A program made the position numbers and the translations under genes. 18,981 bases of DNA. It comes from an uncultured bacterium (lineage in GTDB: Bacteria > JAJVIF01 > JAPKYR01). Positions 15,558-18,981 of the stretch are shown here, in pieces. Location: the NCBI GenBank assembly GCA_965369865.1, contig CBDURU010000068.1:1-18981 (forward strand), in the 5' to 3' direction. Each line of letters opens with the position of its first letter. Position 1 is the stretch's first letter. The notes under the pieces are model-generated. The model was not told the DNA's origin and ran no database searches. It was given only the letters and a program-made list of their open reading frames with translations.

Positions 15558-18302
15558 TTACCAGCAGCCGTCCGGTAGGTGTTTGGTCAGGAATGAGTCA
15601 TATTCTCCATTTGAGATATGTTCATCGGGAGCCTCGTTGCAGGGCGGGTCGGTTGGAGCGAAATCGACTATTTCCCTGAAATAGCCCGAAGTGTAGACAT
15701 TCCCGGAGCCATCAGCGGCAACTCCACGACCACTGTCATATTTTGATTTACCCCAGGTCCACGCCCATTCGAAGTTACCCGACGAATCGAACTTGCTTAT
15801 GAAGACATCCGTCTTGCCATTCGAGGTGTGGGGATCACCGCCATTGGGATCGAAATCGACTGTGTACCAGAAACGGCCTGTAACGTATACATCGCTAAAA
15901 CCGTCAGTGGCAACTCCCCAGCCATAATCATAGTTTGACCCACCCCAAGTCCGTGCCCAATCGAAGTTACCCGATGGATCGAACTTGCTCAGGAAGACAT
16001 CGTAATAACCGTTCGATGTGTGCGGATCACCGCCGTCGGGATCAAAATCTACTGTGCTCCTGATATAGCCCGTAGTGTAGACATTCCCGGAGCCATCAGT
16101 GGCAACTCCATAGCCCATATCACTTCCTAATCCACCCCAGGTACGCGCCCAATCGAAGTTACCCGATGAATCGAACTTGCTCAGGAAGACATCGTTATTC
16201 CCGTTAGTTGTATGCGGATCCTCACTGCCGGGGTCGGGGTCGAAATCGACTGTGCTCCTGAAATAGCCCGTAACGTAGACATTCCCGGAACCATCAGCAG
16301 CAACTCCATAGCCGTAATCATCGTATCCCTTACCCCAGGTCCACGCCCACCCGAAGTTACCCAATGAATCGAATTTGCTCAGGAAGACATCCCCCATGCC
16401 ATTCGAGGTGTGCGGATCTCCGCCGTCGGGGTTGAAATCAACTGTGCCCCAGAAATTACCCGTAACATAGACATTCCCAGAATCATCAGCGGCAACTCCA
16501 CGGCCTTGATCATAGCTTGATCCACCCCAGGTCCGCACCCAATCGAAGTTACCCGATGAATCGAACTTGCTCAGGAATACATCGTAATTCCAGTTCGATG
16601 GGTCATTAAAACGACCCGTAACGTATACATTCCCGGAGCCGTCAACTGCAACTCCATAGCATGCTTCACTTCCTGTCGTACCCAAGGTCTGCGCCCATTC
16701 GAAGTTACCCGATGAATCATACTTACTCAGGAAGAAATCATCTTGACCATTCGATGTGTGCGGATCACCGCCAACTGGGTTGAAATCGACTGTGCCATAA
16801 AATAATCCCGTAACGTAGACATTCCCAGAGTCGTCAGTGGCAACTCCATAGCTTTGACTGGCGCCAACTTCCGTCTCCCCCCAAGTCCTCGCCCAGCCGC
16901 TGATTGGTGCTTCATAAACCTCTATCACAATCGGTTCATCCAGCCAGTCTGTCGCTCCCTCATCATCGGTAACCCGGAACTGAACTTCGTAAGTTCCCGG
17001 ATCAGTCCACGAATGAAATACATCTTCCCCTGTTTTATCAAGAGTGCCATCATTCTCCCAGTCCCATTCAAATAAAATTATACTGCCGCCGTCGGGATCG
17101 TAGGAACCATCATCGAAGAAATGGACCGGATCGCCCGTATAAACAGATAACGGGTCTGCCATAGCTATTGCAATAGGATCCTCTTTTGGAGGTTCAGGCA
17201 CATTCACTTCACCGATCTGCCATGCGTCGACCTGGCCGTGAATGTCATCCAGGAATTTGTCGGTCACCCTGAAAAGAATCGGGTAATTTCCAGGAACAGC
17301 ATTAAGCTCATTCGTGATCTCACCAGAATATGTGCAGCTCTCAATCCCGGTCGATTCTACAAAACCAAACGGAATCACACCCGTGAAAATCTCAGGCGCT
17401 TCAAGAGTTACCAACGAGATACTTTCAATCCCCTGGTGATCGAAAATCTCAACCGTGATTTCTGACATCTCGCTGGAATTAACCTCCATGTAATCAGGAA
17501 GGTCGATTTTGTAAGCCTCAACACAATTGGCCTCGGGCGGGAAATCGAAAATCGGATTGATAACATAATCAACAGGCATCCATGATGCGTCAATTGCATA
17601 GCCGAACTCGACCGGAACGTCGGGAAGGCGAACCTGGATATTTCTGGTTTCTGCCGACGCGACATAAAACACCCGTCTTGGAAGGTCTTGCGAGTAGGCG
17701 ATAAATGGATTCAGCGTTGATGAAAGGTCGCCGTCCAGCCTTAGTTTGCCCGGATAATATCTCAAAATCGGCGGCATGCCGGAATCCTCGGGAAATTCTG
17801 TTGGATTGAAAAGCGACGTGTAGCCGTCCGGATCGAGTAGAACCAGCTTACTATTTCCCATCCCTACAGAGCGACCGTTTGCTGGAAATGTATAGTCGCC
17901 ACCATTAATGATGATTCCCCTTAAATCGAAGGCGGTAAGGTTCAACGGACCTGGAAAAGGATGCTCGAGCCTGAAATCAACGGATAGAACATTGGGGGGA
18001 ATCAACTGCTTGATAATAATTACGATACAGGTCGTGCACGGAACTTCCTCCATCAGCCTGACGGTGTTGAAATGCATCGTGGAATTCCGGTCGGGGATAA
18101 TTTCGACAGTCTCCCGATCTTCGGAAATGCGCACGTCCCAGACTCCCCACATATAGCGGTTTGTGAGGACGGTTGTTTGTGAATCGGTAAGATGGGATGG
18201 GGTATCTGATGGACTCGTTGGAGTTGTAACCGGGTTTGACTTACTTCCACAACCCTGCAATAGAACGAATAAGATGATTATACTGATCTGAAGGAATCTC
18301 AT
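15558..18302 (-). CDS. Large lipoprotein: uncharacterised N-terminal region, PKD domain, seven SBBP-type beta-propeller repeats
   Basis: SD AGGAGG before ATG 18302; lipobox LQG-C; PKD motif GSYDPDGG..FEWDWENDG..PGTYEVQFRVTDDEG; seven repeats WARTWGG..GVAxDxSGNVYVTG..DVFLSKFDSSGNF. Confidence 0.92.
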   Translation of the reverse strand: MRFLQISIIILFVLLQGCGSKSNPVTTPTSPSDTPSHLTDSQTTVLTNRYMWGVWDVRISEDRETVEIIPDRNSTMHFNTVRLMEEVPCTTCIVIIIKQLIPPNVLSVDFRLEHPFPGPLNLTAFDLRGIIINGGDYTFPANGRSVGMGNSKLVLLDPDGYTSLFNPTEFPEDSGMPPILRYYPGKLRLDGDLSSTLNPFIAYSQDLPRRVFYVASAETRNIQVRLPDVPVEFGYAIDASWMPVDYVINPIFDFPPEANCVEAYKIDLPDYMEVNSSEMSEITVEIFDHQGIESISLVTLEAPEIFTGVIPFGFVESTGIESCTYSGEITNELNAVPGNYPILFRVTDKFLDDIHGQVDAWQIGEVNVPEPPKEDPIAIAMADPLSVYTGDPVHFFDDGSYDPDGGSIILFEWDWENDGTLDKTGEDVFHSWTDPGTYEVQFRVTDDEGATDWLDEPIVIEVYEAPISGWARTWGETEVGASQSYGVATDDSGNVYVTGLFYGTVDFNPVGGDPHTSNGQDDFFLSKYDSSGNFEWAQTLGTTGSEACYGVAVDGSGNVYVTGRFNDPSNWNYDVFLSKFDSSGNFDWVRTWGGSSYDQGRGVAADDSGNVYVTGNFWGTVDFNPDGGDPHTSNGMGDVFLSKFDSLGNFGWAWTWGKGYDDYGYGVAADGSGNVYVTGYFRSTVDFDPDPGSEDPHTTNGNNDVFLSKFDSSGNFDWARTWGGLGSDMGYGVATDGSGNVYTTGYIRSTVDFDPDGGDPHTSNGYYDVFLSKFDPSGNFDWARTWGGSNYDYGWGVATDGFSDVYVTGRFWYTVDFDPNGGDPHTSNGKTDVFISKFDSSGNFEWAWTWGKSKYDSGRGVAADGSGNVYTSGYFREIVDFAPTDPPCNEAPDEHISNGEYDSFLTKHLPDGCW
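15561..16895 (-). repeat. Intragenic tandem repeat of seven blades, unit mostly 192 nt
   Basis: The + strand anchor GAAGTTACCC(G/A)A.. recurs at 15771, 15963, 16155, 16353, 16545 and 16701 (spacings 192, 192, 198, 192, 156). Confidence 0.93.
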
Positions 18303-18450
18303 GTTTTCAGCCTCCTGTATAAGCGGTTCGATCATAAAGAGTTAACTGGAGTCGAGTTTCAGGAAAGCATGAAACGAATGGATTAATAATCTTAATTATA
18401 ATCGAATAATCGTAATAAAGGAATAGGTAAACGGTCCAACAATACATTTT

Positions 18451-18465
18451 TCCAACAGTGTTGGA
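18451..18465. promoter_or_regulatory. Palindromic operator candidate TCCAACA-G-TGTTGGA
   Basis: Perfect 7-1-7 palindrome with an extra half-site TCCAACA at 18435-18441, between the XRE gene and the propeller gene start. Confidence 0.45.
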
Positions 18466-18589
18466 GAATCACAAGAATCCAAAAACGCAGAATGCCTCCC
18501 TACCAGCCTTCAGGCTGCTCATGCAAGCTTCCATGATGCAACAGCAAGCGTCCCGCTTCTGATCTATACCGCATGCACCCCGCCTGCAT

Positions 18590-18823
18590 TTACTCTATCT
18601 CATCCAGCGGGAGAAGTTCATCGAGCGAACATTTCAAAGCTCTCGCGAGCTGGATGAGTACCGAAATTGTCGGGACATACCTTTCCTCCTCGATTTCCCT
18701 GTATCCGTGAACAGTAAGTCCCGAGTACCTCGACATCGCCTCATCAGACATCCTGCGTTTTTTGCGTAGGCGTTTCAGATTCTCAGCGAGAACATATTCT
18801 ATGGGCATTTTGATCGGGTCCAT
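18590..18823 (-). CDS. XRE-family helix-turn-helix transcriptional regulator
   Basis: LAENLKRLRKKRRMS..MSRYSGLT..YREIEEERYVPTISVLIQLARALKCSLDELL matches the HTH_3/Cro-CI pattern. Confidence 0.9.
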   Translation of the reverse strand: MDPIKMPIEYVLAENLKRLRKKRRMSDEAMSRYSGLTVHGYREIEEERYVPTISVLIQLARALKCSLDELLPLDEIE

Positions 18824-18829
18824 AGAAAG

Positions 18830-18858
18830 AAAATAGCACCGTGGGGATTATGGCGCAA
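18830..18858 (-). promoter_or_regulatory. Promoter of the XRE gene, probably giving a leaderless mRNA
   Basis: Minus strand TTGCGC (18858-18853), 17-nt spacer ending TGC, TATTTT (18835-18830), then 6 nt to the ATG; no SD. Confidence 0.55.
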
Positions 18859-18868
18859 GGTGGGGACA

Positions 18869-18981
18869 CCCATAAGCTCGTCCGGCTCTGGCCGGACTTC
18901 GCGTATGGGCGGCACCCGGGACTTCACATATGGGCGGCACCCGGCATATGGGCGGCACCCGGCATATGGGCGGCACCCGGC
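18869..18981. repeat. Hairpin (REP-like) element followed by an 18-bp tandem repeat CATATGGGCGGCACCCGG, truncated at the window end
   Basis: Perfect copies at 18927-18944, 18945-18962 and 18963-18980, and a one-mismatch copy at 18902-18919; stems CCCATA/TATGGG and GTCCGGC/GCCGGAC. Confidence 0.88.

Noticed and set aside
15771..16740. CRISPR-like regularly spaced ~39-nt repeats
   Set aside because: They are in-frame coding repeats spaced 156-198 nt apart, and the intervening sequences are homologous to each other.
15561..16895. Diversity-generating retroelement (TR/VR pair) explaining blade variation
   Set aside because: No reverse transcriptase or non-coding template copy in the window, and the differences between blades are not confined to adenine positions.
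18894..18981. CRISPR array
   Set aside because: The units are 18 bp and directly abutting, with no unique spacers and no cas genes nearby.

Overview
Bacterial chromosomal window with no recognisable rRNA, tRNA, CRISPR array or transposase. The housekeeping core is a tightly packed + strand cdaA-cdaR-glmM-nnr-alr cluster (c-di-AMP synthesis, cell-wall precursors, NAD(P)HX repair) plus a peptide deformylase carrying an unusual acidic insertion. Around it lie five predicted lipoproteins: an inhibitory-type serpin, three hypothetical proteins, and a large protein with a PKD domain and a seven-blade SBBP-type beta-propeller. There is also an orphan MacB/FtsX-type permease, an XRE regulator that is probably leaderless, and a start-less gene remnant after alr. 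The most notable signals are (i) propeller blades with a strongly conserved DNA framework and three clustered variable patches per blade, (ii) a hairpin element whose 3' end expands into perfect 18-bp tandem repeats running off the window end, (iii) a perfect 16-bp inverted repeat at the window start, (iv) a shared post-lipobox NP..P signature, and (v) an L-x-x-L-[GN]-Y-I peptide in two unrelated ORFs. All calls come from reading motifs by eye; no database searches were run.
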